Position numbers and translations under genes: made by a program. Shown here piece by piece: positions 1 through 10,039 of a stretch of 64,000 bases of DNA (the first letter of the stretch is position 1; each line of letters starts with the position of its first letter). Location: the NCBI GenBank assembly GCA_963708075.1, contig OY970194.1, positions 6,272,001-6,336,000 of the forward strand, written 5' to 3'. A model generated the notes under the pieces. It made no database searches and was not told the DNA's origin. It was given only the letters and a program-made list of their open reading frames with translations. This DNA comes from Sedimentisphaerales bacterium. GTDB taxonomy: Bacteria > Planctomycetota > Phycisphaerae > Sedimentisphaerales > Anaerobacaceae.

Positions 1-1
1 G

Positions 2-292
2 CGCGAGATGATCGCGAACATGGCCCATGGCGGCAAGATCGCACTGCTGGGCATTCTGCCGCGTACGGAGATTGACTGGGATTTCGTCGTCTTCAACGGC
101 CTGACGATCAAGGGCATCTACGGGAGAGAGATGTATGAGACCTGGTATAAAATGACGATGCTGATCCAGGGCGGCCTGGACATCACGCCGCTGATCACGC
201 ACCGCTATCATTATCTGGAATTCCAGAAGGGCTTCGATGCGATGCGCTCCGGCAACTCCGGCAAGGTGGTGCTGACTTGGCATGACTCGTAG
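2..292 (+). CDS. tdh: L-threonine 3-dehydrogenase, 3' part (5' end lies outside the window)
   Basis: [15 protein letters not shown]...[10 protein letters not shown]...SGKVVL is the typical Tdh C-terminus; lies directly upstream of kbl. Confidence 0.92.
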   Translation, partial: REMIANMAHGGKIALLGILPRTEIDWDFVVFNGLTIKGIYGREMYETWYKMTMLIQGGLDITPLITHRYHYLEFQKGFDAMRSGNSGKVVLTWHDS

Positions 293-310
293 CATGCGCT
301 ACCTGCATAT

Positions 311-336
311 GTCACCCCCGCGAAGGCGGGAGTCCA
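311..336. repeat. GTCA-CCCGCG..GCGGGA.TCCA palindromic intergenic repeat
   Basis: gtcacccccgcgaaggcgggagtcca; inverted relative at 7615-7640 (tggattcccgcctccgcgggaatgac). Confidence 0.7.
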
Positions 337-390
337 CGATGCGGGGAGGGCATGGATTCTCGCCTCCTCTGGAACATCGCGGCGTCAGCA

Positions 391-417
391 TGTAGGGTGG
401 GTTCTCAACCCACGCGT
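391..417. repeat. GTAG-family REP-like palindrome
   Basis: tgtagggtgggttctcaacccacgcgt; identical copy at 9748-9774 and inverted copy at 39491-39517. Confidence 0.85.
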
Positions 418-466
418 CCAGAACTACGGGATTGTACGATCCTCGTAATACTGAAAGGATGCAGGC

Positions 467-1669
467 ATGTACGGGAGCGTGAAGACTTATCTGCAGGGGC
501 AGTTGACGGAGATTCGAAACGCCGGCCTGGAAAAGCCGGAGCGGGTCATCACGAGTCCTCAGGGCAACTGGATCACCACCTCCGCGGGCAAGCGCGTGCT
601 GAACCTGTGCGCCAACAACTACCTTGGCCTGGGGAACCATCCGGAAGTGGTCCGTGCCGCTCGCGAGAGCTACGAGAAATGGGGCTTCGGCCTGGCCTCC
701 GTCCGCTTCATCTGCGGCACGCAGCAGATTCACAAGGACCTGGAGGCGGCCGTCACGAAGTTCCTCGGCACGGAAGACACGATCATCTACGGCTCGTGCT
801 TCGACGCCAACGGCGGCCTCTTCGAGACCCTCATGGGCGAGCAGGACGCCATCATCAGCGACCAGCTAAACCACGCCAGCATCATCGATGGCGTGCGCCT
901 GTGCAAGGCTCAGCGACTGCGCTTCAACAACAGCGACATGAAGGACCTCGAAGAGCAGCTCAAGTCCGCCCGGTCCTCGCGATTTCGCCTGATCGCCACC
1001 GACGGCGTCTTCTCCATGGACGGCTACATCGCCAGGCTCGACGAAATCTGCGCCCTCGCGGACCGCTACGACGCGATGGTCATGATCGACGACTGCCACG
1101 CCCACGGCGTCATCGGCGCCACCGGCCGTGGCACCCCCGAATACCGAGGCGTGATGGGCCGCGTGGATATCATCACAGGCACATTCGGCAAGGCCCTCGG
1201 CGGCGCCAGCGGCGGTTTCACCTCCGGCCGCAAAGAGATCATCGACATGCTCCGCCAGCGAAGCCGCCCCTACCTGTTCTCCAACACCCTCGCCCCCGCT
1301 ATCGCCGCCGGCTCGCTCAAAGCCATGGACCTGCTCAGCCGCTCCACGGAGCTGCTGGACCGCCTGCGGGACAACACGCAATACTTCCGTCAGCGAATCA
1401 CGGAGACCGGCCTGACCGTCCTGCCCGGCGAGCACCCCATCACCCCCGTCATGCTAGGCGATGCCGCCCTGGCTCAGGAGATGTCAAGACGATTGCTCGA
1501 AAAAGGCGTTTACGTGATCGGCTTCTCTTTCCCGGTCGTCCCCAAAGGCCTGGCCCGAATCCGAACCCAGGTCTCCGCCGCCCACACGCACCAGGATCTG
1601 GATTTCGCCGTAGAGAAGTTCGCCGAAGTGAGCCGGGAATTGGGCCTGCCGCGCGCCGCAAAGCCATAG
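467..1669 (+). CDS. kbl: Glycine C-acetyltransferase (2-amino-3-ketobutyrate CoA ligase)
   Basis: [40 protein letters not shown] (PLP lysine), RSRPYLFSN. Confidence 0.97.
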   Translation: MYGSVKTYLQGQLTEIRNAGLEKPERVITSPQGNWITTSAGKRVLNLCANNYLGLGNHPEVVRAARESYEKWGFGLASVRFICGTQQIHKDLEAAVTKFLGTEDTIIYGSCFDANGGLFETLMGEQDAIISDQLNHASIIDGVRLCKAQRLRFNNSDMKDLEEQLKSARSSRFRLIATDGVFSMDGYIARLDEICALADRYDAMVMIDDCHAHGVIGATGRGTPEYRGVMGRVDIITGTFGKALGGASGGFTSGRKEIIDMLRQRSRPYLFSNTLAPAIAAGSLKAMDLLSRSTELLDRLRDNTQYFRQRITETGLTVLPGEHPITPVMLGDAALAQEMSRRLLEKGVYVIGFSFPVVPKGLARIRTQVSAAHTHQDLDFAVEKFAEVSRELGLPRAAKP

Positions 1670-1791
1670 ACGCTCGACCCTTGCACGGGACTAGTCAATT
1701 GGATTCAGCCGAACGACCCTGAAGAGCGGCGTTGCCCTGGAAGGATGCCTCCCGTACGCGAACACCTGCCCCATGGCCTTTCAATTCTTGT

Positions 1792-2964
1792 CTACTGCAT
1801 GACCGGTTGGGACAATGGATACTTGCGCACTTCAGAGCCATTCCTCAGGGTGATCTCCCGGTTCGTGATGCGCTCGACTTTCCAGCCGTGCACGGTTCGG
1901 CCCTGTGTCAATTCTCCCAGATCACTATAGACCACGATCTTCCCATCGACGACGACAACGGCCTCCACCTCAATGGTTCCGGGCAGGGGGGACGCCGACG
2001 GTGCCGGTGTGGACGCCGGCGACGGGACATCGGCCCGACGCACAGCGGGTGCAAAAGGATCCGAAAGCACAGGTGACGGGACTGGGGCGATGGGTGCAGG
2101 TTCTGGGGAATAATCTACATCTCTATCGTCATACATGTCTGTCTCGTCATATTGGCTGAATCCAACGGCCGATTTCACGGGCCAATAGAACTTGACGGCG
2201 ATCAATCCCGCGAAGATCGCGATCACCACGGCCAAGGCAATCCACGTCACCTTCATGCCCCGGCGTGTATCCCGGATACGTGACGTCTCACCCGCTGCCA
2301 CAGCCGTACATATTGGCTCAGTAGCGCTCGTCTTTTGATCTATCGGTGCGCAAGAAGGAATGCCCACATTGAGGACTGCAAGGCCGGTCTGGGCCACGGG
2401 AGCACTCAGAGGCTGGGCTATGGGAGCGCTCAGAGGCTGGGCTATGGGAGCACTCAGAGGCTGGGCCATGGGAGCACTCAGAGGCTGGACCATGCGGGCC
2501 CGCGCGGCTGCCACACGGACAACGACTGTGCCGGACCACCTGTCGTGCCATCCACCGGGATTCTTCCCTAAGAACGACAGTGGCTCGAATGGGACAAAGC
2601 GCAAGAGGGTTCTCATGCCGATGGCGTCGAATGTCGGTTTTGTGCCATATACCGTGACGACTTTTGTCCCTGTGATGAGTTTCGCGAGAGTCCTCTGCCA
2701 GAGCGCTTCACACAAGAAGAAGTAGAAGAAGACGTTGAAACAGCTTATGAAGAATCTTCCTGCCGGGCTCAGAACAGTCTCCCCGAGCACAGTCAGCACG
2801 GTATCAGCCATGCCCAGCATTGCGGCGAAGAACCCGACGAAAAGACCGACCACAAGCGAGACTGCAAACGCCAGTATGTTGATGAACAGTATGTCGAGAA
2901 TGTAGTTTGCCAGCCGCAAACCTTTGGAGGCCACGTCACAGGACTGAACGAACTGATTTCCCAT
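1792..2964 (-). CDS. RDD-family membrane protein fused to a Pro-rich linker, a TM helix and a small C-terminal beta domain
   Basis: RLANYILD ... TLAKLITGTKVV ... GWHDRWSGTVVV are RDD motifs. Confidence 0.8.
   Translation of the reverse strand: MGNQFVQSCDVASKGLRLANYILDILFINILAFAVSLVVGLFVGFFAAMLGMADTVLTVLGETVLSPAGRFFISCFNVFFYFFLCEALWQRTLAKLITGTKVVTVYGTKPTFDAIGMRTLLRFVPFEPLSFLGKNPGGWHDRWSGTVVVRVAAARARMVQPLSAPMAQPLSAPIAQPLSAPIAQPLSAPVAQTGLAVLNVGIPSCAPIDQKTSATEPICTAVAAGETSRIRDTRRGMKVTWIALAVVIAIFAGLIAVKFYWPVKSAVGFSQYDETDMYDDRDVDYSPEPAPIAPVPSPVLSDPFAPAVRRADVPSPASTPAPSASPLPGTIEVEAVVVVDGKIVVYSDLGELTQGRTVHGWKVERITNREITLRNGSEVRKYPLSQPVMQ
2391..2486. repeat. 24-bp in-frame tandem repeat x4 (encodes (M/I)AQPLSAP)
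   Basis: gggc(c/t)a(c/t)gggagc(a/g)ctcagaggct repeated four times. Confidence 0.95.
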
Positions 2965-3643
2965 AGGGCATCAACTCCTCATTCCGCATCTCAGGTTGCC
3001 TGTCACTCACTCCGACAGGTGTAATTTATCCGGTCGTCTATATCGGCGGCTTGCGATTATGAGTTAACGCGAATTCGCCTGCCCCCGCCGGCGGGTGAGC
3101 CTGTTGACACTGAGACGCTTCGCAGCATCATTAAGCGTCCGAGAACTTGTGCGGGTTTGCCCCAGCCTCCGGGCGACACGCTGTGCAAGCCGGAGGTTAT
3201 AACCGTCATAATCGTTAGTCTCATCCCGCCCCCGTGCGAGCCCGTCACCCCCGTGATGTTGCGAGACAGCGCGCCGTAAAGACATAGTCAACCGGGAATC
3301 AGTATGCGAACAAGAAGCAGAGGCCGTCCCTATTCCCCGGAGAATCAACATGGGCTATTATATGGGTGAAGTACGCGGTGAGAGAGACCATTATCCATGG
3401 TCTCCCTGGTGCTCCGGCTACGCTGAGTTTGGGTGGATACCGGGTGGCGGCGGCAAGTGGAGTCTTCGGAGCTTGCCGATGGCGCACAGCCGTAAACATG
3501 AGCTATCGGCTTACCGGCGCTTGCCGCTGCGAGGACGAGTAGTTCCATCGTCTTGTCACCGCTTGGGTGGTCTTGCCACTATCTATGTGGACAGGTACCG
3601 TTAGGGCTATCAAGGATCAGAAACCAGAACGTAGAGGAGTCTC

Positions 3644-4927
3644 ATGAGAACATCGTTGAATCGATCCTGTCGTTGGCTGACGTTGGCTATCGCCGGCTGC
3701 TGTCTGTTCACTGCAAGCGTCGGGGCTTCGGACTGGCCGCAATGGCGCGGACCGAACCGGGACGGCAAGTCCGCGGATACGGGCCTGCTCAAGGAATGGC
3801 CGAAAGATGGCCCGTCGCTTGCCTGGAAGATCAGCGGACTCGGCGGCGGCTACAGCGCTCCATCCATTGCCGCCGGGCGGATCTTCGGCATGGGTAATCG
3901 CGGCGACGACGAAGTCGTTTGGGCTTTGTCCGAGACGGACGGCAAGGAGCTTTGGGCGACGCGTCTTGGGCCGGCTTTCAAGCAGCAGGCGCCGCAGGGA
4001 AAAGAGGGTCCGGCTTGCACGCCGACGGTCGATGGTGAACGGCTCTATGTCGAGGGCCTGGGCGGTGATGTGGCTTGCCTGCAGGCCAAAGACGGCAAGA
4101 TCGTTTGGCAACTCAGCCTGACACGCGATTTCGGCGGGCGCGTGCCAAGGTGGAGTTACCGCGAATCGCCGCTCGTCGATGGCGATAAGGTCATCTACAC
4201 GCCCGGCGGCCAAGAGGCGACCCTGGTGGCCCTCGACAAGTTGACCGGCAAGACGATCTGGAAGAGTCAGGTGCCCGACAGTCCCAAAGCGTCCTATGCC
4301 TCGGCCATTGCCATCGACTTCGACGGGCAGCGCCAGTACGTGCAGCTCACCGAGCGGGCACTCGTCGGAGTCGCCGCGTCCGACGGCAAGTTCCTCTGGC
4401 GGTATGACCGGCCTGCCAATCGCATGGGGATCAACTGTTCCACGCCGCTCTACCAGGATGGTCTCGTGTTCGCCGCCTCGGCCTATGGTACGGGCGGTGG
4501 GTTGGTGAAGCTGAGCAAGGATCCGAACGGCGTCAAGGCCGAGGAAGTCTGGTTCTCCAAGAAGATGCAAAACCACCACGGCGGCATGATCCTCCTCGAC
4601 GGCTCCCTGTATGGCGCCAACGGCGGCAATGAAGGTGGTTCCCTTGTCTGTCTCGACTTCAAAACCGGCGATGTCCTGTGGGACGGGCGCGACAGCGGGG
4701 CGCCGAAAGGCTCGCTGGCCCTGGCCGATGGCCGGCTCTACTATCGCGCCGAGAGCGGCGCCATGCTCCTGATTGAGCCGAGCCCGAAGCAATACATCGA
4801 GCGTGGCCGCTTCGACCAGCCCGACCGCAGCAAGCAGCCCGCCTGGCCACACCCGGTCATCGCCAACGGCAAACTCTACCTCCGCGACCAGGACGTCCTG
4901 CTCTGCTACGACATCAAGGCGAAGTAA
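3644..4927 (+). CDS. PQQ-like (BamB-type) beta-propeller repeat protein with signal peptide
   Basis: Signal peptide then [13 protein letters not shown]; repeated GK.xW blades; [17 protein letters not shown] end; GAGGAG RBS. Confidence 0.9.
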   Translation: MRTSLNRSCRWLTLAIAGCCLFTASVGASDWPQWRGPNRDGKSADTGLLKEWPKDGPSLAWKISGLGGGYSAPSIAAGRIFGMGNRGDDEVVWALSETDGKELWATRLGPAFKQQAPQGKEGPACTPTVDGERLYVEGLGGDVACLQAKDGKIVWQLSLTRDFGGRVPRWSYRESPLVDGDKVIYTPGGQEATLVALDKLTGKTIWKSQVPDSPKASYASAIAIDFDGQRQYVQLTERALVGVAASDGKFLWRYDRPANRMGINCSTPLYQDGLVFAASAYGTGGGLVKLSKDPNGVKAEEVWFSKKMQNHHGGMILLDGSLYGANGGNEGGSLVCLDFKTGDVLWDGRDSGAPKGSLALADGRLYYRAESGAMLLIEPSPKQYIERGRFDQPDRSKQPAWPHPVIANGKLYLRDQDVLLCYDIKAK

Positions 4928-5006
4928 CGAACCCCGTTTGCCGGCCCGTGCGACCCCCGCCGGGCGAAAAACACTGGCGTGCAGCAACGGCAACGACGGC
5001 GAGAAC

Positions 5007-5210
5007 GCCCTGGCCCAGGAAATGTCTATGCGATTGCTCGAAAAAGGAGTCTACGTGATCGGCTTTTCCTTCCCGGTCGTCCCCAAAGGTTTGACCCGCA
5101 TTCGCGCCCAAGTCTCCGCCGCCCACACCCACCAGGACCTGGACTTTGCGGTGGAAAAGTTTGCTGAAGTGAGCCGGGAATTAGGCCTGCCCCGCGTCGC
5201 AGTCTCATAG
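5007..5210 (+). pseudogene. kbl: Second copy of the kbl 3' end (~67 codons)
   Basis: [28 protein letters not shown]...[11 protein letters not shown] matches 1466-1669, mostly with synonymous changes; similarity extends past the stop. Confidence 0.93.
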
Positions 5211-5253
5211 ACGCCCGACTCTCACAGGGGAATACGCAAGAAATGAACCCGGT

Positions 5254-5673
5254 CTATTTCTCGTTGTCGGTTGTTGACGGTGCGATTCGCGCGATCAGAC
5301 CCTCGATGTAGTTCACGAAGGCCCTCGTCTGATCCAGCCACGGGCGGACTTCGTCTGTTTGAAACACGACGAAATCCGCGTAGTCCCCTTCCTGGCGGGT
5401 GCTGAACAGCCGGTCAAAATGCCTGCCAAGCTCCGTGGGAATCAGCCCGGTCTTGACGAAGTCGCGATGCAACAGAGAGCGTAAGTGTCCGTGTTTGCTC
5501 GTGGAGATCCCTCGCGTCACCAGCAATGCCGAGACGGCGTAGAAGCAGGCGTAGTACAGCCGACTCACATAGGCATTCAAGTGTCCCGCCTCCAGAAGCA
5601 GACTCGCCTCCTCGATCGCCTCACGGGCCCGGTCCATCCGATAACCGGCTAAGGCTTTGATCGGATCATTCAC
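5254..5673 (-). CDS. HEPN domain protein (MNT-HEPN pair 1)
   Basis: SRLYYACFYA, SKHG, RQEGDY motifs; overlaps the upstream MNT gene by 4 nt. Confidence 0.88.
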   Translation of the reverse strand: MNDPIKALAGYRMDRAREAIEEASLLLEAGHLNAYVSRLYYACFYAVSALLVTRGISTSKHGHLRSLLHRDFVKTGLIPTELGRHFDRLFSTRQEGDYADFVVFQTDEVRPWLDQTRAFVNYIEGLIARIAPSTTDNEK

Positions 5674-6014
5674 ACACGCACCCCATCACGCTCGACGTTC
5701 TTGTGGAAAGGCATCTCCCTGTAGGGTAGAGACTCCCACCGGCGCCGGTCATACGTGACCAGCGTCAGCATGGCCCCCGTCTCAAGCTCCAACGGATAGA
5801 CGTTCGAGAGAATCTGATCCTTCAGGGCGATGCTCGCCGGCTGATCCACGAGCACGAGGATATCGTAATCCGAGTCTTCCCGAGCGTCCCCCCGGGCACG
5901 CGAGCCATACAGAATGACGTCGGCATCGGGCACGACCTTTCTGATGGTCTGCCTGCACTTGTCCAGCAGGACCTTGTCGTCCTCACGCCCTTGCCACGCA
6001 TCGATAGAGATCAT
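5670..6014 (-). CDS. Minimal nucleotidyltransferase (MNT)
   Basis: [21 protein letters not shown], the Pol-beta-like GS...DxD motif. Confidence 0.9.
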   Translation of the reverse strand: MISIDAWQGREDDKVLLDKCRQTIRKVVPDADVILYGSRARGDAREDSDYDILVLVDQPASIALKDQILSNVYPLELETGAMLTLVTYDRRRWESLPYREMPFHKNVERDGVRV

Positions 6015-6104
6015 GGTTGTGGTTCCTTATCCAGCGTGCCGGCCATGGGCACCCACGCCGTGCCGATGCTCTGCATTGTACGCGTGAAATCGAACTCGGT
6101 CAAC

Positions 6105-6230
6105 TCCTTCCCGATTGCCCCCAAGGGCCAGGCCCGAATCCGAACCCAAGTCTCCGCCGCCCACACCCACCAGGACCTCGACTTCGCCGTAGAAAAGTTC
6201 GCCGAAGTGAGCAAAGAATTGGGCCTCCCC
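6105..6230 (+). pseudogene. kbl: Third, shorter copy of the kbl 3' end (~42 codons)
   Basis: [42 protein letters not shown]. Confidence 0.9.
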
Positions 6231-6341
6231 GTCCCTATTATTCCCCTCTTCAAAGGAGTGGCGTGATGGGAAGTGAGATAGTAGGAAATCGGGCAACAAT
6301 GCGCTTGTCAAAACAGGCAGATCACTGTTTCATGGTAGACT

Positions 6342-7238
6342 ATGAAGAAGGAGAGCGTAAAGTCAGTAGGCGGCCCAATAGTGTTCTTTGCTGGGGGAGG
6401 GCTTAGTATGATAGCGAGTCCTTCCCTTGGCTTCGTACTCTTGGGTATTGCTGGGGTACTTGGGTGGCGTCTTCTTCTTAAACAAGACTGGGCTTGGATG
6501 CAACGTGTTCGGCGAAGCCCACGTGCCCGAATCGCTGTGTACATAGTGTACATAGGAGTAGTCGTTCTCTCTATGGGCTTGGCTGCATATACCTATCCAC
6601 GCCACAGCAAACCAACACTGCAGCCAGGCACAACTAATGTTCAAGGTAGCCCTGGGAGCCGTGTTGTTAGTATCGGCGAGGCCAACCATGTGACAATCGA
6701 TCAGTCTGTAAACGTCGTTCGAGAAGTACAGCCTTCTGGGATATTAGTACCTGCGAATGAGCCCGATCCTCGCCCAGTTGAAGGGTACATCCCCAATGAG
6801 GCGCTAAAAATATTCTTGGGTCCCAATGTTGTGTGGCACCCAAAGATGGGCATTTATACCGTACTTCGAATAGGCAACGAAGACATAATCAAGCTCAAGT
6901 GCACGCCTGACGGGCTCTATGTGTCTGCCTATATTAGGCGAGAAGACGCCAGAACCGTAGCTGTGATTGTGGATAACCGCTTTGCAATCAATACCAACAA
7001 CTATTATGATCTACAAATACCCGACCGCCATGAATTCCGCGTGTTTGACAAATTCGGAAATCTTGCACTCAGAGTCAGATATGTTAATGAACAGACCGTA
7101 GAATTCGAGGGAAGGTTTTATGCGCCGAATTATCCTCCACTCATCGCAACCAAAGATGAAGTACGTTTTGGCGACCTCATTCTGAGACGCACCTCAATCG
7201 AGGCCCGAGAGAGTGACCCGACCTTCTTGTTTGAGTAA
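6342..7238 (+). CDS. Hypothetical membrane protein (N-terminal TM helices, soluble beta-rich C-terminus); visibly lower GC than the backbone
   Basis: 298-aa ORF with two to three hydrophobic segments in the first 85 aa; A/T-rich third codon positions. Confidence 0.7.
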   Translation: MKKESVKSVGGPIVFFAGGGLSMIASPSLGFVLLGIAGVLGWRLLLKQDWAWMQRVRRSPRARIAVYIVYIGVVVLSMGLAAYTYPRHSKPTLQPGTTNVQGSPGSRVVSIGEANHVTIDQSVNVVREVQPSGILVPANEPDPRPVEGYIPNEALKIFLGPNVVWHPKMGIYTVLRIGNEDIIKLKCTPDGLYVSAYIRREDARTVAVIVDNRFAINTNNYYDLQIPDRHEFRVFDKFGNLALRVRYVNEQTVEFEGRFYAPNYPPLIATKDEVRFGDLILRRTSIEARESDPTFLFE

Positions 7239-8075
7239 AGAGGATAGGGGGTCGCACCTACACATTTCACATTTTCTACCAACACTTCCAGTCTTCGGGC
7301 CGACGGTTCTTTTGCATCTGACAGGGGCACTTCGATCCGAATCCACGGGCTCATTGTAGAGCCACGGCGACAAAAATACAAAGAGGAAACCCGGAAACTG
7401 CGAATTACACCAGGCACCCAGCGCGGCCTTCGGCTGCGATCAGGATCATTTCACGCGGAGACGCGGAGGCGCAGAGAAGAACCGAGCCGAAACATAGTTT
7501 TCAAACTCTGCGTCTCCGCGCGAGCACAACAAGATTCAAATAGAGTCCGCATGGGCTAAAGCCCATCCTACCAATTCCTCTGTGTCCCTGGCGGTCTCTG
7601 CGGCTAAAAGAACCTGGATTCCCGCCTCCGCGGGAATGACATTTTTGGAATCCGTGTCAGAAGAATCGGTGGGCCTGTCTGAGCCTTGTAGCACAGTCGC
7701 CCTCGGCTGTGTCTTACGGTTTCCCCAGCCGAGGGCGGCTGGGCTACATTTCGGCTGGCAGGGGGGCCGTGTCTTCATTATTGATTCCGCTGAAGAACCC
7801 CCAAAGACCGCTGCGACACCCGCATTTTCTGGGCCAAGAACGAGGGTAGAAAGGTCACAAGCAGGGCTTTTTCAGCGGAATCCATTATTCACTATTCATT
7901 TCCGGCACTGCCTAATGAGAGTTGTGGGGGGGGGCGGGGGGAATCGGTGTGCGGTGCACACCCTACATCTTACAGGATAAGCAACACTGATAATTCCAAC
8001 TGGTTTTGAGATAGTTCCTTAGCCCTTGCGGGACAAGAGGTTATAGGCAACGGTGAGTCGGTGGGAGTTTTGTAG

Positions 8076-8103
8076 TTGACAAACACACACCATTGGTTAC
8101 AAT
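8076..8103 (+). promoter_or_regulatory. Putative sigma70 promoter upstream of the SEAQ-ANR gene
   Basis: TTGACA-16 nt-TACAAT. Confidence 0.6.
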
Positions 8104-8344
8104 GTGGCGAACGTCGCGACGGGCGACGTGCGGCGGCCGGCGTGCGGTCGGCGGCCGATGATAAGCAGATGAGCGTGTCCACGTGTGCGTGGACGATTCG
8201 ACGGGCACGACGCGCTTACGCAAGAGTAAGCGTGGCGCCCGGCCATTGCCGAGGACTCCGCATGGGCTAAAGCCCATCCTGTGAATCTGAACAGCGAATC
8301 GTAAATCGTAAAGGGTAAATCGTAAATCTTGGAGGGATCACCCC

Positions 8345-9679
8345 ATGGCTAGTGAAGCACAAGTCACCGCCAACCGTCGTAATGCAGCGAAGTCCACCGG
8401 GCCCAGGACGAAGCAGGGCAAGGCCGTCGTCGCGGACAATGCGATCAAGCACGGCCTGCTCGCCCGGCAGGATGTCGTCCTGGGCGAAGACTTGCAGGAG
8501 TTCGAGCTCCGCCGCCGGCAATGGCTCGCGGAGCTGCAGCCGGTCGGGTATGCGGAAATCACGCTGGCTGAGCGCATCGCGGGCCTCGCCTGGCGGCTCA
8601 AGCGAGCCGAACGCCTGCAGAACGAGGCCTTCGACTCCCTGCTGGCCAGGGAACTCGCCGAGTCGATGGCGGACTTCGACGACGAGCTGTCGCCTGAGGA
8701 CGAGCGGGAGCTGATGAGCGATCCGAGTGCCGATCCCCGCCTGGCGGTCGGCCGGATGGTCGCCGGGGATTTCCACTGTCACAGGGCCCTGGAGCGGCTG
8801 ATGATGTTCGAGCGGCGGATCGAGAACAGCCTGTACAGGACCATGAAAGAGCTGCGACAGGTCCAGCGAGAGCGGAAGGCGGACGGTGAGCACAGTCCAG
8901 TCCTTGGACCCCCTGTGTCCCGGGTGGCGCCGCCGAACTCGTTGGCTTCGTCCCATTTCCTTGAGATGGGTCCGATGCAAGCCACCCAGAACTCAGGAAC
9001 TTGGGACGAACCCAACTCGTTTGACGGTGCTCATTCGAATGGTTCCGACCATCCGCAAGACCACGGGCAAACGGGTTTGCCCGTGCCACCCGGTGCAGGC
9101 AATTCTGTGAAACAAAGCCAATCCGGGGCGTCGCAGGCGGACCATTGCTTCGCGGAGACGCAAGATGTTGCATCTCTACAGCCTGACGATGCCGCCGGTT
9201 CTACCGCGAGTGATTGTGCGAAACAAAGCCAAATTCTGCCGGAAGCGCCGTGCGAAACAAAGCCAATGGAGTCGGAGGTTTCAAGTTTGAAGTGTGAAGT
9301 GTCAAGTGACGGCCCTGCCCTTCAGACTTCACACGGCACACATGACACTACCCGCCAGGTGCCTGACGATGCCGCCGGTTCTGCCGCGAGTGATTGTGCG
9401 AAACAAAGCCAAATTCTGCCGGAAGTGCCGTGCGAAACAAAGCCAATGGATTCCGGAGTTTCAAGTATGAAGTTTGAAGTGTCAAGCGGCGGCCCTGCAC
9501 TTCAGACTTCACACTGCACACTTGACACTACCCGAGAAACGCCTTGCGGCGTCACTACAAACGAGGACGGCGATGCGAAACAAAGCCAACGCCGCAAGCG
9601 TGTCGCCGGCGCCGGGGCCATGCCGCGGCCTCGGCCGCGAGTCGCATACCACTGCCACGACATAGCCCGCTCGTATTGA
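8345..9679 (+). CDS. Uncharacterised protein starting MASEAQVTANRRNAAKSTGPRT; ordered helical region to ~aa 180, then the frame runs through repeat DNA
   Basis: GGAGG RBS; GC3-rich coding to ~8880; the C-terminal part is translated REP and AAACAAAGCCAA repeats. Confidence 0.75.
   Translation: MASEAQVTANRRNAAKSTGPRTKQGKAVVADNAIKHGLLARQDVVLGEDLQEFELRRRQWLAELQPVGYAEITLAERIAGLAWRLKRAERLQNEAFDSLLARELAESMADFDDELSPEDERELMSDPSADPRLAVGRMVAGDFHCHRALERLMMFERRIENSLYRTMKELRQVQRERKADGEHSPVLGPPVSRVAPPNSLASSHFLEMGPMQATQNSGTWDEPNSFDGAHSNGSDHPQDHGQTGLPVPPGAGNSVKQSQSGASQADHCFAETQDVASLQPDDAAGSTASDCAKQSQILPEAPCETKPMESEVSSLKCEVSSDGPALQTSHGTHDTTRQVPDDAAGSAASDCAKQSQILPEVPCETKPMDSGVSSMKFEVSSGGPALQTSHCTLDTTRETPCGVTTNEDGDAKQSQRRKRVAGAGAMPRPRPRVAYHCHDIARSY
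8922..9091. repeat. Composite GGGTGGC-type palindromic (REPIN/MITE-like) element inside the ORF
   Basis: gggtggcgccgccgaactcgttgg...ttgggacgaacccaactcgtttgacggtgct...cacgggcaaacgggtttgcccgtgccaccc; relatives at 23522-23613, 33029-33060 and 53093-53347. Confidence 0.85.
9107..9590 (+). repeat. Array of six G(C/T)GAAACAAAGCCAA repeats, including a 180-bp tandem duplication
   Basis: Copies at ~9107, 9218, 9252, 9398, 9432, 9575; 9181-9354 duplicated at 9361-9534. Confidence 0.9.
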
Positions 9680-9747
9680 TCGCCGGCAAAGACCGGCAAC
9701 GCGGCTCGGCGTGCAGACTGCCCCTCTGAAAAAGCGCGGCGTTGATG

Positions 9748-9823
9748 TGTAGGGTGGGTTCTCAACCCACGCGTCAAGGAATGCTCCGCTCGAAGAACCG
9801 CGTGGGTCAAGGACCCACCCTAC
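9748..9823. repeat. Inverted GTAG-REP doublet
   Basis: tgtagggtgggttctcaacccacgcg ... cgcgtgggtcaaggacccaccctac. Confidence 0.8.
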
Positions 9824-10039
9824 GAGGGGCCCAAGGCCATTTTCATCTTCTTGTGGTGTGCGGAAAGACGCATGAATGGTTTCGCTTGGCCACGATCGCA
9901 AAACGTCGTGTTTGTGCAGCAGGCATTCTCTGCGGAAAGGGTGGACGCAGGTTTCCTCTGGTGGGAACGTGGGCGGGCGGGTATAAAGGTGGCCTTGTGG
10001 GCAGTGTGGCTATGGTGTCTGTGGGTAAGGAGAATCGCT

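Noticed and set aside
3467..3482. 16-bp match cggagcttgccgatgg also at ~23645
   Set aside because: One match of this length is expected by chance in 64 kb of GC-rich DNA, and there is no flanking similarity
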